The position numbers were made by a program, and so were the translations under genes. A stretch of 63,761 bases of DNA, counting the filler, from Octopus bimaculoides (taxonomy: Eukaryota), in the NCBI RefSeq assembly GCF_001194135.2. It is 7 parts of 5 records of this genome, joined end to end, with 100 filler letters (N's around TTAATTAATTAA, not from the genome) between each part and the next. Parts side by side here need not be neighbours in the genome. Positions count along the whole stretch, not along the records: positions 1 to 16,706 come from NC_068996.1; positions 16,807 to 36,724 come from NC_068996.1; 5 more parts are not named here. One strand, 5' to 3'. Below the pieces are notes generated by a model, which saw only the letters and a program-made list of their open reading frames with translations, did no database searches and was not told the DNA's origin. Shown in pieces: positions 10,374-22,460 of this stretch. The number at the start of each line of letters is the position of its first letter. Position 1 is the first letter of the stretch.

Positions 10374-11139
10374 NNNNNNNNNNNNNNNNNNNNNNNNNNN
10401 NNNNNNNNNNNNNNNNNNNNNNNNNNNNNNNNNNNNNNNNNNNNNNNNNNNNNNNNNNNNNNNNNNNNNNNNNNNNNNNNNNNNNNNNNNNNNNNNNNNN
10501 NNNNNNNNNNNNNNNNNNNNNNNNNNNNNNNNNNNNNNNNNNNNNNNNNNNNNNNNNNNNNNNNNNNNNNNNNNNNNNNNNNNNNNNNNNNNNNNNNNNN
10601 NNNNNNNNNNNNNNNNNNNNNNNNNNNNNNNNNNNNNNNNNNNNNNNNNNNNNNNNNNNNNNNNNNNNNNNNNNNNNNNNNNNNNNNNNNNNNNNNNNNN
10701 NNNNNNNNNNNNNNNNNNNNNNNNNNNNNNNNNNNNNNNNNNNNNNNNNNNNNNNNNNNNNNNNNNNNNNNNNNNNNNNNNNNNNNNNNNNNNNNNNNNN
10801 NNNNNNNNNNNNNNNNNNNNNNNNNNNNNNNNNNNNNNNNNNNNNNNNNNNNNNNNNNNNNNNNNNNNNNNNNNNNNNNNNNNNNNNNNNNNNNNNNNNN
10901 NNNNNNNNNNNNNNNNNNNNNNNNNNNNNNNNNNNNNNNNNNNNNNNNNNNNNNNNNNNNNNNNNNNNNNNNNNNNNNNNNNNNNNNNNNNNNNNNNNNN
11001 NNNNNNNNNNNNNNNNNNNNNNNNNNNNNNNNNNNNNNNNNNNNNNNNNNNNNNNNNNNNNNNNNNNNNNNNNNNNNNNNNNNNNNNNNNNNNNNNNNNN
11101 NNNNNNNNNNNNNNNNNNNNNNNNNNNNNNNNNNNNNNN

Positions 11140-11181
<42 letters not shown>

Positions 11182-11398
11182 TGTGTGTGTGTTTGTGGGT
11201 CTGTGTTTGTCCCCACCTCAACATTGGTTGACAACATTGGCTGGTGTGTTTACGTCCCCGTAACTTAGCGGTTTGGCAAAAAAGGCCGATAGAATAAGTA
11301 CTAGGCTTCCAAAGAATAAGTCCTGGGGTCGATTTGCTCGACTAAAGGCGGTGCTCCAGCATGGCCACAGTCAAATGACTGAAACAAGTAAAAGAGTA
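11140..11398 (+). mobile_element. SINE A microsatellite plus tail
   Basis: Matches 190-380. Confidence 0.8.
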
Positions 11399-11515
11399 TA
11401 TGTATGTATTTAAAGAGGAATGCAAAAATACATTATGGAGGATATAACATAAATGATTCATAATTATTTATGAATATATTAATGGCCAAACATGTAATCA
11501 TAAATTTCATAAAAG

Positions 11516-11930
11516 AAGTGTGCATAATTATTACTAAATCACAATTATAAAAGAGACAAAAACCATTACATGTCTAGAAATAGCAGTCAAAACTACTATA
11601 AAACCACTATACCTACTCATATTTTATCTCTTCACAATAAAACTGTCAGTGGGTGATATGACATAAAATTCAAAACTTATAAATAAAAAGTTAATTCTCT
11701 ATTACAAAATGGTTCCACTACTAACTTCAGGAGAACATTCCTGTAGATACAAATTAACACAAAATACATACCTTGGGGCTTAACATTTGTCCCGACTGGC
11801 ATGAATAATGTGTCAACCTCTATCAACACATTCAAATTCAGAATTCCAGTTTTGACTGCTTTTTCTAGACATGTAAGGGTTTTTACAACCCTCCCTGTTT
11901 TAATTGTGATTTATTATAATTATACACACA
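11516..11930. mobile_element. Unclassified MITE-like element with about 70-bp degenerate inverted arms
   Basis: TTACATGTCTAGAAATAGCAGTCAAAACT vs its reverse complement at about 11848-11877 (1 mismatch in 29); arms extend outward. Confidence 0.5.
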
Positions 11931-11931
11931 G

Positions 11932-12197
11932 TGCCGCTGGACTGGCTCCTGTGCAGGTGGCACGTAAAATACACCTTTTTGAGCGTGGCCGTTGCCAGTA
12001 CCGTGTGACTGGCCCTCGTGCAGGTGGCACGTAAAAGCACCCACTACACTCTTGGAGTGGTTGGCATTAGGAAGGGCATCCAGTTGTAGAAACTCTGCCA
12101 GATCAGATTGGAGCCTGATGTAGCCATCTGGTTTGCCCGTCCTCAGTCAAATCGTCCAACCCATGCTAGCATGGAAAGCAGACGTTAAACGATGATA
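11932..12197 (+). mobile_element. RTE 3' UTR/terminus fragment
   Basis: GTAAAAGCACCCACTACACT...CCAACCCATGCTAGCATGGAAAGCAGACGTTAAACGATGAT; shared with the UTR of the RTE at 62755-63400. Confidence 0.7.
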
Positions 12198-12418
12198 TAT
12201 AAGCAAGTTAAAAATAATGGTTATTACATATTTTTTCTTAGAGTAAATGTAGCTTACAGCCGTTTCCAATAATCATGATAAGTACATTACTGACAAGTTT
12301 ACTCAATTGGTCTATTGATAAGTTGATAAGAATTGAACGACTTAACAAAATTAATGCTACTTTTATCAGAGCTATTTCTGGTCATAACGAAGCTGAACAC
12401 TGTTTCACATATCTATAA

Positions 12419-12470
<52 letters not shown>

Positions 12471-13149
12471 GCTATTAATAGTAACAGAGGGTAGGTGATA
12501 TAATGTTCTTTAATTTTGTGTTTATTAGCTAGAATTTTGAAAATAAATCTTAATCTGTATGCATCATGGCAAACTGTTTAAAGTGTACTAGAATCTCCGT
12601 GTGTATATGTGTCAGGATCGACTGTTCTGTGAGTTTTGAGATCACTTTAAAATGACAGAAATTGAAAATCAAAGCTAAGCTATTGAACAGTTTAAGGAGG
12701 ATTGGTTTTCGCTTTGGAAAAGATAATCGGTATGTAGACTGCTTAGCACTTTGTCTTTTGTGTTTAATGAAAAATTGGTCACTTCTAAGGGATAATATGG
12801 TTAATCCTATTAATGATGCAATATTTACAAAGAAAATTTGTCCAAGATAAATAAGAAGTTTAGAGAGATTCATAAATATGACAATGAATTGCTACAGGAT
12901 TATTGTTTAACTAGTTTTCAGTAACATAATGCCTCTGTCCATAATCGTAAATCAATGAAATGTGCTAATAATCCACAAGGCTTTAAGTATAATAATGGTC
13001 AGCATATTCACCAGTTCTCAACTCAATCTAAAATCTATGGTCAGATTTATATCTCCTACAAACATCATCACCGTCATCCAGTCAGATGACCTATCGCAGA
13101 CCAATGCAATACCTCCATGCAAAATGTCCTGATTGAGTGATGTGGCAAC

Positions 13150-13665
13150 AAAGTTTGGTTTGGGTTTTTGTCACATTGGTCTTTCACTTGCTGAAATATC
13201 TCATCTGTGCATGCTGCGACTACAAATGAAAACAATAGTTGGCTAAGTGAACTGGTTGATCCTGACTATGGCCAGTTTGATGTCTGTTCATCTTCTCAGC
13301 CTTTAGTAATATTCACCATTGACTCAAACATCTGACTTGGGTTTTGGACTCATTGATCATTTGCTGTGATTACAGATGGCAGCAGTAGTTCACTAACTGA
13401 ACTGGTTGATCCTGACTATGGCCAGTTTGATGTTTGTTCATCTTCTCAGCCTTTAGTAATATTCACCCTTGACTCGAACATCTGGTTTGTGTTTTAGTTT
13501 CATTGATCTTTCGCTAGCTGAAACATCTCATCTGCACATGTTACAATTACAGTTGCTAGCTGTAGTTCACTAACTGAACGGGTTGATCTTGGCCATTGAC
13601 TGCTTCTTGTCTGTTCATTCACTCAGCATCTACTGATATTCAACATTGACTCAAATATGTCCTGC
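13150..13665. repeat. Tandem array of about 177-bp units (one unit 150 bp), roughly 3 copies
   Basis: CTAA(G/C)TGAAC(T/G)GGTTGATC recurs at 13243, 13393 and 13570. Confidence 0.85.
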
Positions 13666-14132
13666 TAGTTGGCTTGGCTTTAAGAATGTGTCTTGTGATT
13701 CTTCCTTCTGACATTCTAATCACGTCTTGAGAGCTGTGGCCATTCAATGCAGAGAAGCTGCAGCTTGATTTTAAAGGTATTTCCTGATCTCCAAATTATG
13801 TTACTTTGGAGACCCATCATTCTGGCCTCTCGTATTCATGATCAAACAAATACACAAAAAAGCTGTGAACATATTTTTAGACGGAGAAAGAAAATGAAAA
13901 TATACCAGCAATTGTTAGAAATTTTCAAAGAAGAGGGGACATTCAAGAAACTACCATTTAAGTTGCATTCACATATAAATTGTACCCCTATTTTAGTGTT
14001 AAATATTGGTACAAAAAGGTTTTCTCTTCATAGTTTTAGCTTGGCCCCGTGTATAATTCACACCTCATTTTTTTCCAGTTAAAATCAAATATAAAAAAGT
14101 GCAACTTATGTATGAATAAATACAGTATACAA

Positions 14133-14545
14133 ATCATCATCATCACCATCATCACCACCACCACCACCACCACCACCACCATCACCACCACCACCACCAC
14201 CACCACCACCACNNNNNNNNNNNNNNNNNNNNNNNNNNNNNNNNNNNNNNNNNNNNNNNNNNNNNNNNNNNNNNNNNNNNNNNNNNNNNNNNNNNNNNNN
14301 NNNNNNNNNNNNNNNNNNNNNNNNNNNNNNNNNNNNNNNNNNNNNNNNNNNNNNNNNNNNNNNNNNNNNNNNNNNNNNNNNNNNNNNNNNNNNNNNNNNN
14401 NNNNNNNNNNNNNNNNNNNNNNNNNNNNNNNNNNNNNNNNNNNNNNNNNNNNNNNNNNNNNNNNNNNNNNNNNNNNNNNNNNNNNNNNNNNNNNNNNNNN
14501 NNNNNNNNNNNNNNCCACCACCACCACCACCACCACCACCACCAT
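14133..14545. repeat. (CAT)n/(CAC)n array spanning a gap
   Basis: Direct reading. Confidence 0.85.
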
Positions 14546-14960
14546 CATCATTTCATGTTCATCTTCCATGCTGGCATGGGTTGGACAGTTTGACAGGAAC
14601 CAGCCAGGTAGAAGACTACACCAGGCTGCTGTGTCTGTTTTGACATGCTTTTTACGGCTGGATGCCCTTCCTAACACCAACCACACCATTGAGTAAAGTG
14701 ATTTATACATGGCACCAGCACAGGTGAGGTCAGTTCTGGCAGGATTTTTACAGCTGGGTGCCCTTCCAAATGCCAACCACTTCACAGTATGGACTGGATG
14801 CTTTTTTTACGTGGCACCAGCACTGACAGGGTCACCAAGTAACTTGCAAGAGAAGGAATTTTGAGAGGGGACGGGGTACTGGAGGAGGTGATCTTGTGTC
14901 AGATGATGAAAGGTTAGAGTGTGACAGAAAGGCAGAAAGGCAGAAACAGGTGTTTTGCTA
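14546..14960 (-). mobile_element. RTE 3' UTR-related fragment
   Basis: TTCCATGCTGGCATGGGTTGGAC...GGATGCCCTTCCTAA is the reverse complement of the RTE terminus. Confidence 0.6.
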
Positions 14961-15141
14961 TAGAGGAGGTACATGGTTAACTGGCCTAGAGAAAGAGAGG
15001 GAGAAGGAGGGAGAGGAAAGAGAGAGTGAGAGAGAGAGAGAGAGTAAGAGAGAGAAAGGTAACAAGAAAGCAAACAGAAACAGGTGTGCAACTGTAGAGG
15101 AGATACATGGATACTCAGTCAGAGGGAAGAACAAGTGGAGA

Positions 15142-15176
<35 letters not shown>

Positions 15177-16007
15177 GGAGATAGCAAAAATGCAAGCGAG
15201 AACAGGGCAGTGATGATGGTAAAGTAGATGGAAAATCGGTTACACATCTAATTTTACATACAATATTCATAGTTCAGTTCTTGGTTTCCATACAAGTTGC
15301 ACACTGTTTTTATCAATACTTCTTAATAATATGTTTGGATGGAATTTCTGTCAAAATATTCGGAACTAAACATTATATTCCCCACCCTGTAATATATCAA
15401 ATAAAAGTGCATGCAATCAAATCCTTTGGCAATTCTTTGCTTGTTAGAGCCATGTTAATGAATTCCTTAATTTTCTATATTTAATAATTCCTTTTTGTTT
15501 ATCTAATCACATGCTATGACGCATTTTATTAATTTAATTGCAGGCAACAATGAATTTCATTAGTTTAACAACATGCAGTAGCACATCTTAATGAGTTCAA
15601 CGACATGCAATAATGTGTTTTAATAATTTCCCAGCATGCAATTATAACAAAAAGAAATAACACTCCATGCATGCATGCATGTATGAATGTAAGTGTGTGT
15701 CTGTATATGTGTGTATATGTATGTATATTTATGTATATTTATGTATGTGTATATGTAAGTATGTATACATATATGTATGTACGTTGGTGTGTGTATATGC
15801 ATACATACGTCTCTGAATTTATAAGTATATGAAATACATTTTCTGGTGTGAAAACATGTGTTTGGAAAATTGTCAAGAGAAGCAACTGATGTTGTGCAAT
15901 AATTAATCTTTGAAAACATTATTTAATTGGTTGCATATTTTATAAATAAAAGACTTAAAGTTTGTCAATGTGGAGTAAAGTATGGAGTTCATAAATTATT
16001 ATATATT

Positions 16008-16240
16008 TATTTCTTTATTGCCCACAGGAGGCTAAACATAGAGGGGACAAACAAGGACAGACAAAGGGATTAAGTCAATTACATCAACCCCAGTGCATTA
16101 CTGGTACTTATTTAATTGACCCTGAAAAGATGAAAGGCAAAGTCGACCATGGCAGAATTTGAACTCAGAATGTAACAGCAGACGAAATACCGCTAAGCAT
16201 TTCGCCCGGCGTGCTAATGATTCTGCTAGCTTACCACCTT
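16008..16240 (-). mobile_element. tRNA-derived SINE family C, variant with Tx1-like 3' tail
   Basis: Head AAGGTGGTAAGCTAGCAGAA, core GACTTTGCCTTTCATC...AAATAAGTACCAG, tail CCTGTGGGCAATAAAGAAATA. Confidence 0.8.
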
Positions 16241-16265
16241 AAATTATTATATATTTGATTATTAA

Positions 16266-16499
16266 CACATTAACTGCCACATGTATACCACCAGTGGTTC
16301 ATCACAAACTTCATACAACTGCCATGTTGCACCTCTGGTGGTACATTTTCATAATTTGAGGAAATATTTTTTTCTGTATCTTTGACATGGTTTTGAGGAT
16401 ATTTAAATAACATGAGTGCTAAACATTAAAGTCTAATTATTAAATATTGTAAAAAATGCAAAACAAAATTTTATTTCTTTGTAAGTAAACAATATACAG
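16266..16499. mobile_element. piggyBac-type MITE, right end lost
   Basis: TTAA|CACATTAACTGCCAC; body aligns with 27055-27330. Confidence 0.6.
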
Positions 16500-16549
16500 T
16501 AATTCCTCGCTATATCGCGGTTCACCTATCGCGGTCCACCTATAGTAGT

Positions 16550-16690
16550 TTGCTTACCAACCATATGGTTCTGGGTTCATTCCCACTGCGTGGCACCTTG
16601 GGCAAATGTCTTCTACTATAGCCTCGGGCCAACTAAAGTCTTGTGAGTGGATTTGGTAGACAGAAACTGAAAGAAGCCCGTTGTATATAT
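16550..16690 (+). mobile_element. SINE A head
   Basis: Family A match. Confidence 0.75.
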
Positions 16691-16933
16691 ATATATATAT
16701 ATATATNNNNNNNNNNNNNNNNNNNNNNNNNNNNNNNNNNNNNNNNNNNNTTAATTAATTAANNNNNNNNNNNNNNNNNNNNNNNNNNNNNNNNNNNNNN
16801 NNNNNNTATATATATACATATATATATATATAATATCTCTCTGTCTGTCTATCTCTCTGTTTATCTGTTTCCCTGTCTACCTGTCTTCATGTCTGTCTTC
16901 ATGTCTGTCTTCATGTCTGTCTTCATGTCTATA

Positions 16934-16976
<43 letters not shown>

Positions 16977-17019
16977 GTATCTGCCTGTCTGTCTGCCTGT
17001 CTGTCTGCCTGTCTGTCTG

Positions 17020-17455
17020 TCTGTCATTTCAAGATACATGTTGCGAATGCTCTGGGATGCATTGTTAATGATGCTTCTGAGGTCTCAAATGGTTTTGGGT
17101 CTTTGGACATCAGAACTCATTCAGTTGACCCTGCTGGGTTTGACCACATCCCAGCCTGCCTCCCAGTAGTACTGGCCTACCTTCTTCATATAAAGCCACT
17201 TAGTGCTCTTCTTTGCAGCTTTAGAGATGGAACTGTAGCCCTCTTCTTTGTGGCGTCAGCAACTCCGACCCCCAGTCAGAGCTTTGCAGAATGAATGTTC
17301 CACAAAACCTCAGCAGCCATTTACAATTGTCTTGCAATATGCCTGCCAGGATGACCTCTGCACTGTTGACCCAGTATTTGACCTGCTTCCTCTCAAGAAC
17401 CCCCTCCATGTGTTCCACCCAGGATAAAACCAGTTCCCACTAGATCACCTGTTTA
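17020..17455 (-). mobile_element. HERO/NeSL-like restriction-endonuclease non-LTR element, 3' fragment
   Basis: Minus translation ELVLSWVEHMEGVLERKQVKY (ELTVPWE...ERK..KY-like) and ATKKRA ... KSTKWLYMKK; abuts (CTGT)n/(TCTA)n. Confidence 0.65.
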
Positions 17456-17705
17456 GTGGAATTTCAGATCACAATGTCTGGGCAGAGTGTTGTTGGCACG
17501 ATGTAGTCTGAAAACTTCAATACCATCATATATATATTTACATATATTTGTATGTATAGATATATATACATACACATATATGCATGTGTGTATTTATATA
17601 TTGCTTTATTTATTTATTTATTTATTTATTTATTCTTTTTTTATGTATCAATTTATTTATGTGAAATTTTCTTGGATGAAAATGAAGGAGAAAAAAAGGA
17701 AGAGC

Positions 17706-17755
<50 letters not shown>

Positions 17756-17781
17756 TTCTATATTTAAGAGATGAGGAATTA

Positions 17782-18135
17782 TGTACATTATTTACATTCG
17801 ACGGATATTTCTCCTCATCTTATTTGTTGTTAACATTACGTTTCGGTTGATATACCTTCCAGCCTTCAACAGGTGTTTTGGGGAAATTTCGAACCTGGGT
17901 TTTCATTCCTAAGGTATTTTTCGATGTTAATATTAGTATTATTATTGTTGTTCAGGTCACTGCTTGGAATCGAACTCGGAATCTTGGGGTTAGTAGCCCG
18001 CGCTCTTAACCACTACATGGGCATATGGCGTACTGGTTCGAAATTTCCAGGTTCAAAATTTCCCCAAGACACCCGATGAAGGCTGGAGGGTATATCAGCC
18101 GAAACGTTGTGTTAACAACAAACAAGATGAGGACA
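17782..18135. mobile_element. Inverted (head-to-head) duplication of the tRNA-hammerhead retroposon
   Basis: Minus copy about 17782-18016 with B box; plus tail 18047-18133; both hammerhead cores mutated (CTGTTGA, CCGATGA). Confidence 0.8.
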
Positions 18136-18544
18136 AAGGCAGAAACAAGGAAAATGCCACTTATATTTGAACATTATACAAATATTCTTTTTAAAAAACT
18201 TTTCTTTTAATTTTCCCAAAATTTAATTGTTTTCCATACTTAGTTGAAAAATCCNNNNNNNNNNNNNNNNNNNNNNNNNNNNNNNNNNNNNNNNNNNNNN
18301 NNNNNNNNNNNNNNNNNNNNNNNNNNNNNNNNNNNNNNNNNNNNNNNNNNNNNNNNNNNNNNNNNNNNNNNNNNNNNNNNNNNNNNNNNNNNNNNNNNNN
18401 NNNNNNNNNNNNNNNNNNNNNNNNNNNNNNNNNNNNNNNNNNNNNNNNNNNNNNNNNNNNNNNNNNNNNNNNNNNNNNNNNNNNNNNNNNNNNNNNNNNN
18501 NNNNNNNNNNNNNNNNNNNNNNNNNNNNNNNNNNNNNNNNNNAC

Positions 18545-18712
18545 ACTTCCGATGGGTTTCTTTCAGTGTCCGTCTACCAAATCCACTCACAAGGTTTTGG
18601 TTGGCCCGAGACTATAGTAGAAAACACTTGTCCAAGGTGTCATGCAGTGGGACTGATCCCGGAACCATCTGGTTGGGAAGCAAGCTTCTTACCACCCAGT
18701 CATATATGCGTT
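18545..18712 (-). mobile_element. SINE A head
   Basis: Family A match. Confidence 0.75.
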
Positions 18713-18965
18713 TATATTCATGCAAATCTATCAATGTCTGCCTGTCTGTCTGTCTGTCTGTCTGTCTGGCTGTCTCTTTTTCTTTCTCTCTCTGACAAGC
18801 ACTAAATCTTTATAGGTGCATTAGTGGCCTGTGTGTCGTTTGCCTTCCAACTTCGACGTTCTGGGTTCAGTCGCTCTAAGTAACACTTTGGGCAAGTGTC
18901 TTCTACTTGCGAATGGAATTGGTAGACAGAAACTGAAAGAAGCCTGTCAGATCTTCATATCTAAA

Positions 18966-19009
<44 letters not shown>

Positions 19010-19069
19010 AGTTGATAGATAGATAAAAATGAAACAAATGGACGTTTTTTGTTCTATTATACGAGTTAC

Positions 19070-19450
19070 TGTAGCAAAATTCATTATTTACATGTAATGT
19101 GTGAGATTATATAGGATTGTAGTAACGCCGTGCGCATGCGTAGTCTCACGCATGCGTGGAATTAAACAAGCAAGCTTTCCCGCTTAATTCATTCTCTTTC
19201 TCGGTCGGCCGGCCATGAGCATGGACGTGTCAAGCAGTGTCTCCAACATTCCAACTCTGAAGACAGTCTCTTTACGTGTTTAGCTGTCACTCTCCATCTT
19301 TCGGACTTACGCTCGACAGCTCGCTTACATCTACATAACAACGTCCCAACAACTATGCTCACACACAGAGAAGCTGTAACAACAAGAGCTAAAGATGTAT
19401 ATATTTACCACCTGAATAAATGTTGTTTAAGTTGATAGTCTGGAGTTCAG
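19070..19450 (+). other. CpG-enriched segment, putative degenerate solo LTR or promoter
   Basis: Starts TGTAG; two GCGCATGCG-type palindromes (19132, 19148); AATAAA at 19415; no clean terminal CA or TSD found. Confidence 0.35.
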
Positions 19451-20499
19451 CGTTCCGTTTAATTTCTAATTTTATATAGGAAAGTCAGGTATACATCTAA
19501 TGATGTATAACCAACTTTCCTATAGGATCATGCAAGTTACACGTTTATATAACATTGCCATTTCATCAGGTGATACTCCAGTAAGCATTTTAAAGGAAAT
19601 ATGCCACAGTGGGATCATCGTAGCATAAGTAGTTAGGATTTGTAATTGTGTTACGAAAGTAAGATGGTGTAAACAGCATTAATTACTACAGTGTATTGTT
19701 GTTGTTGCTGTGAATCTTGTAAAATTTCCTCCAGTCTCTTGAAGTTTTTCAAATTTTCACCAGATTATTTTCGAAAAATGCCGTTTTGATTGTAGTTGCA
19801 TGTAGTTTCTCGACCTTCTAGGAATAACAGCCAAATCTTTGCTAAACTACACCATAATGTCTAAAAAACAAAAAGGACAACACATTATATAACATAGTTG
19901 TGGGTAGACTTTCTGTTTGTGCTTTTCATTCATAATTAGAGCACCAATGCATAGTAATAATCTTCCTAAACGCACAAAACATATTCTTTGCATTAATAAC
20001 AAAACACCTTTTAGTGGTGTGTTTCAGGACAGAGTTTATAATATCAAGTATTATAAATGTGTGCGTGTAGTTGAAGAAAGATTTGGCTGCTATTTCTAGC
20101 AGGTTGAGAGACCATAGAAAGGTATCGTATGTGCCGATCTCCATGGTAATGGAGATCAGCGCACAAGATATTTCGGCAACACAAGTTTATGATTGGCTAA
20201 AATTATATAACTTCAAATGCTTGTAACTTCTTTATCATCAATTTCTAGGAGAAAAAATAACATAAAATGAATGCGATTTTCGCCATCAGCATGCAAAATT
20301 ACAGATTCTATTGTCATGGTTGTTATTGTTGAGTGTTTCGTGTTTAGCTGTAAGTGAAAAAAAAAATCAGGGTCAAATATGAAGTGTTTTCCCACGAGGA
20401 TGAGGAAATACGTTCATAAACAACATCTTTACTCACTTATGTAAGAGTAATAGTACAAATGCTCATTGGCTTGTGCACGCGCGCGCGCACCCGACTGTG

Positions 20500-21015
20500 T
20501 TTGGATATATACATGTATGTGAGTATATGTGTGTATGTATGTGTGTGTATATATATAAATACACACACACACATATGTATATATGTTGTGTGTGTTTGTG
20601 TGTGTGTGTGTGTGTATGTATATGTTTATAGTATATACATACAACGAACACACAAATATGTTTGCATATGTACATGTATGTATGTGTATGTATTTTTTTA
20701 CGCGAAACCGTAATGGATATTTAGGATATTTAATACTATACAATTCGAATAATATATATATATATATATATATATACACAAACATACACATGCATATATA
20801 TTTATGCACATGTGTATTTGCGTGTATGTATGTATGTGTGTATGTATATGCATATACATGTTTATATGTATGTACAAATTTATTTGTAAGTATAGACACA
20901 TACACACGTATATACATATAGAGATATGTACATATGCATGTATGTAGGTTGTGTGTATGCGTTAGAATAATATACATACATACTTACACCCACATACATA
21001 CATACATACATATCA
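20500..21015. repeat. Degenerate compound (TA/TG/TATG) microsatellite
   Basis: Alternating purine-pyrimidine tract. Confidence 0.85.
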
Positions 21016-21261
21016 GTTAGTATCTGTTCTTTGTATGTTTGCATATACACAAAGAAATAATGAGAAAAACACGTGACTGAGTGGTTGAAAAGTGTTGAGT
21101 GGCGTTTAGTAGAGTGGAGTGGAAGTATTTGTGAGTGAGAGAGAAAGAGGGAGACAGACAGACAGACGATTAGGTGGGTGTGTTTTCCCTTTGTAGATCT
21201 TAGGATGGGGCGCATGAGGCATGTAAGAGGCTTCTAAGGACCCAATTACTATATATTTTTC

Positions 21262-21454
21262 TTTCATCTTTAATTTCAGTCATTGGACTGTGGTTGGCCA
21301 AGCTGGAGCCCTGCCTGCAAGGATCTGCTCGAAACAAATCAGCTCCACTACTCATGGTTTTATTTTAAAATCTGGTACTTATTCCATTGGTCTCTTTCGC
21401 CAAACCGTTAAGTAGCGGGGATGTAAACAAACCAACACCGGTTCTCAAGCGGTG

Positions 21455-21499
<45 letters not shown>

Positions 21500-21666
21500 G
21501 TGTGTGCATAAACAGATTTCTTTCAGTTTCTGTCTACCAAATCTACTCTCAATACTTTGGTTGGCCTAAGGCTATAGTAGAAGACACCCAAGGTACCACT
21601 CTGTGGGACTGAACCTGGAACCATGTGGTTGGGAAGCGAGCTTCTTACCACACAGATACACCTGCA
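21262..21666 (-). mobile_element. Complete SINE A (head, (TG)n, tail)
   Basis: Head 21510-21666, CA tract, tail 21262-21455, all on the same strand. Confidence 0.75.
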
Positions 21667-21721
21667 TTTACTAAGAAATGAGAGAGAGAGAGAGAGAGGC
21701 AAAATGTCAGTGTGTGTGTAT

Positions 21722-21807
<86 letters not shown>

Positions 21808-21944
21808 AAGAAAGAGAGAGAGAAAGAAAGAAAGAAAGAGAGCGAGAGAGAGTGAAGGAGAGTAACACTGAGAGAGAGAGGATAAAACATACTCAGAACT
21901 TCTTTGGAAAAAAAAATGTTTTGTTTCATGAACACATCACTAAG

Positions 21945-22460
21945 ATGATGGCTATGAATAGGTAAATTGGCTAGCTGGATTCTGAGAACTTACAGAATAA
22001 GGGGCCAGGAAACTATGCTGATCCCATGGAGGAAGTTTTCTCTCAGACGGCTGGATTACTGTTCTCAACCATGGTCAACCCAGTGTCAAGTTTCTAGCAG
22101 AATTCAAATTCAATGGTGCTACAGCAAGAAGATATCTTCAATGACACATTTGAGACTGAAAGAATTACAATTCTACTCTGTGGAGTGAAGATGGGAGAGA
22201 TATGCAGTGATGTACATATGGAAAATTCTAGAGGGGCTGGCACCAAGGTTTGCATTGAGAGTTATCCTAGCCTCAGGAACAGGACATTACTGCACTGTTC
22301 CAAAGGCACCACTCATTGAACCTAGTGTAATGACCTGATACTGAAGTAGCTTGAGTTTCAAGGGTCCACAGTTATTTAATATCTTGTTGAAAACCTGAAG
22401 GAACTAAATGGAGAGAGTGTAGGTGTCTACAAGAAGAAACTTGACCTTCTGCTGTCCAAG
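21945..22460 (+). mobile_element. CR1/L2-group LINE RT 3' fragment
   Basis: WILRTYRIRGQETML...RLDYCSQPWS...RLKELQFYSVE...YIWKILEGLAP...FKGPQLFNIL...YKKKLDLLL. Confidence 0.85.

Noticed and set aside
11772-11894. Minus-strand 123-nt open exon candidate with AG|GTATGT donor (RVVKTLTCLEKAVKTG...)
   Set aside because: Its 5' half lies inside the right arm of the 11516-11930 inverted repeat; no recognisable protein or partner exons; RNA-seq junctions would be needed
13150-13665. Tandem unit as a decayed coding repeat (periods divisible by 3)
   Set aside because: Stops in all frames examined, including a TGA shared by all copies in the best frame
16751-16762. TTAATTAATTAA inside N runs (also 36769, 45363, 52040, 54308, 59246)
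   Set aside because: Identical 12-mer centred in 100-bp gaps; all-frame stop linker added by the assembly pipeline
20086-20101. 13-nt match to the Cas9 sgRNA scaffold (GCTAGAAATAGCA); also short tandem repeats as CRISPR arrays
   Set aside because: Chance match within a eukaryotic repeat motif; no repeat-spacer structure or cas genes anywhere in the window
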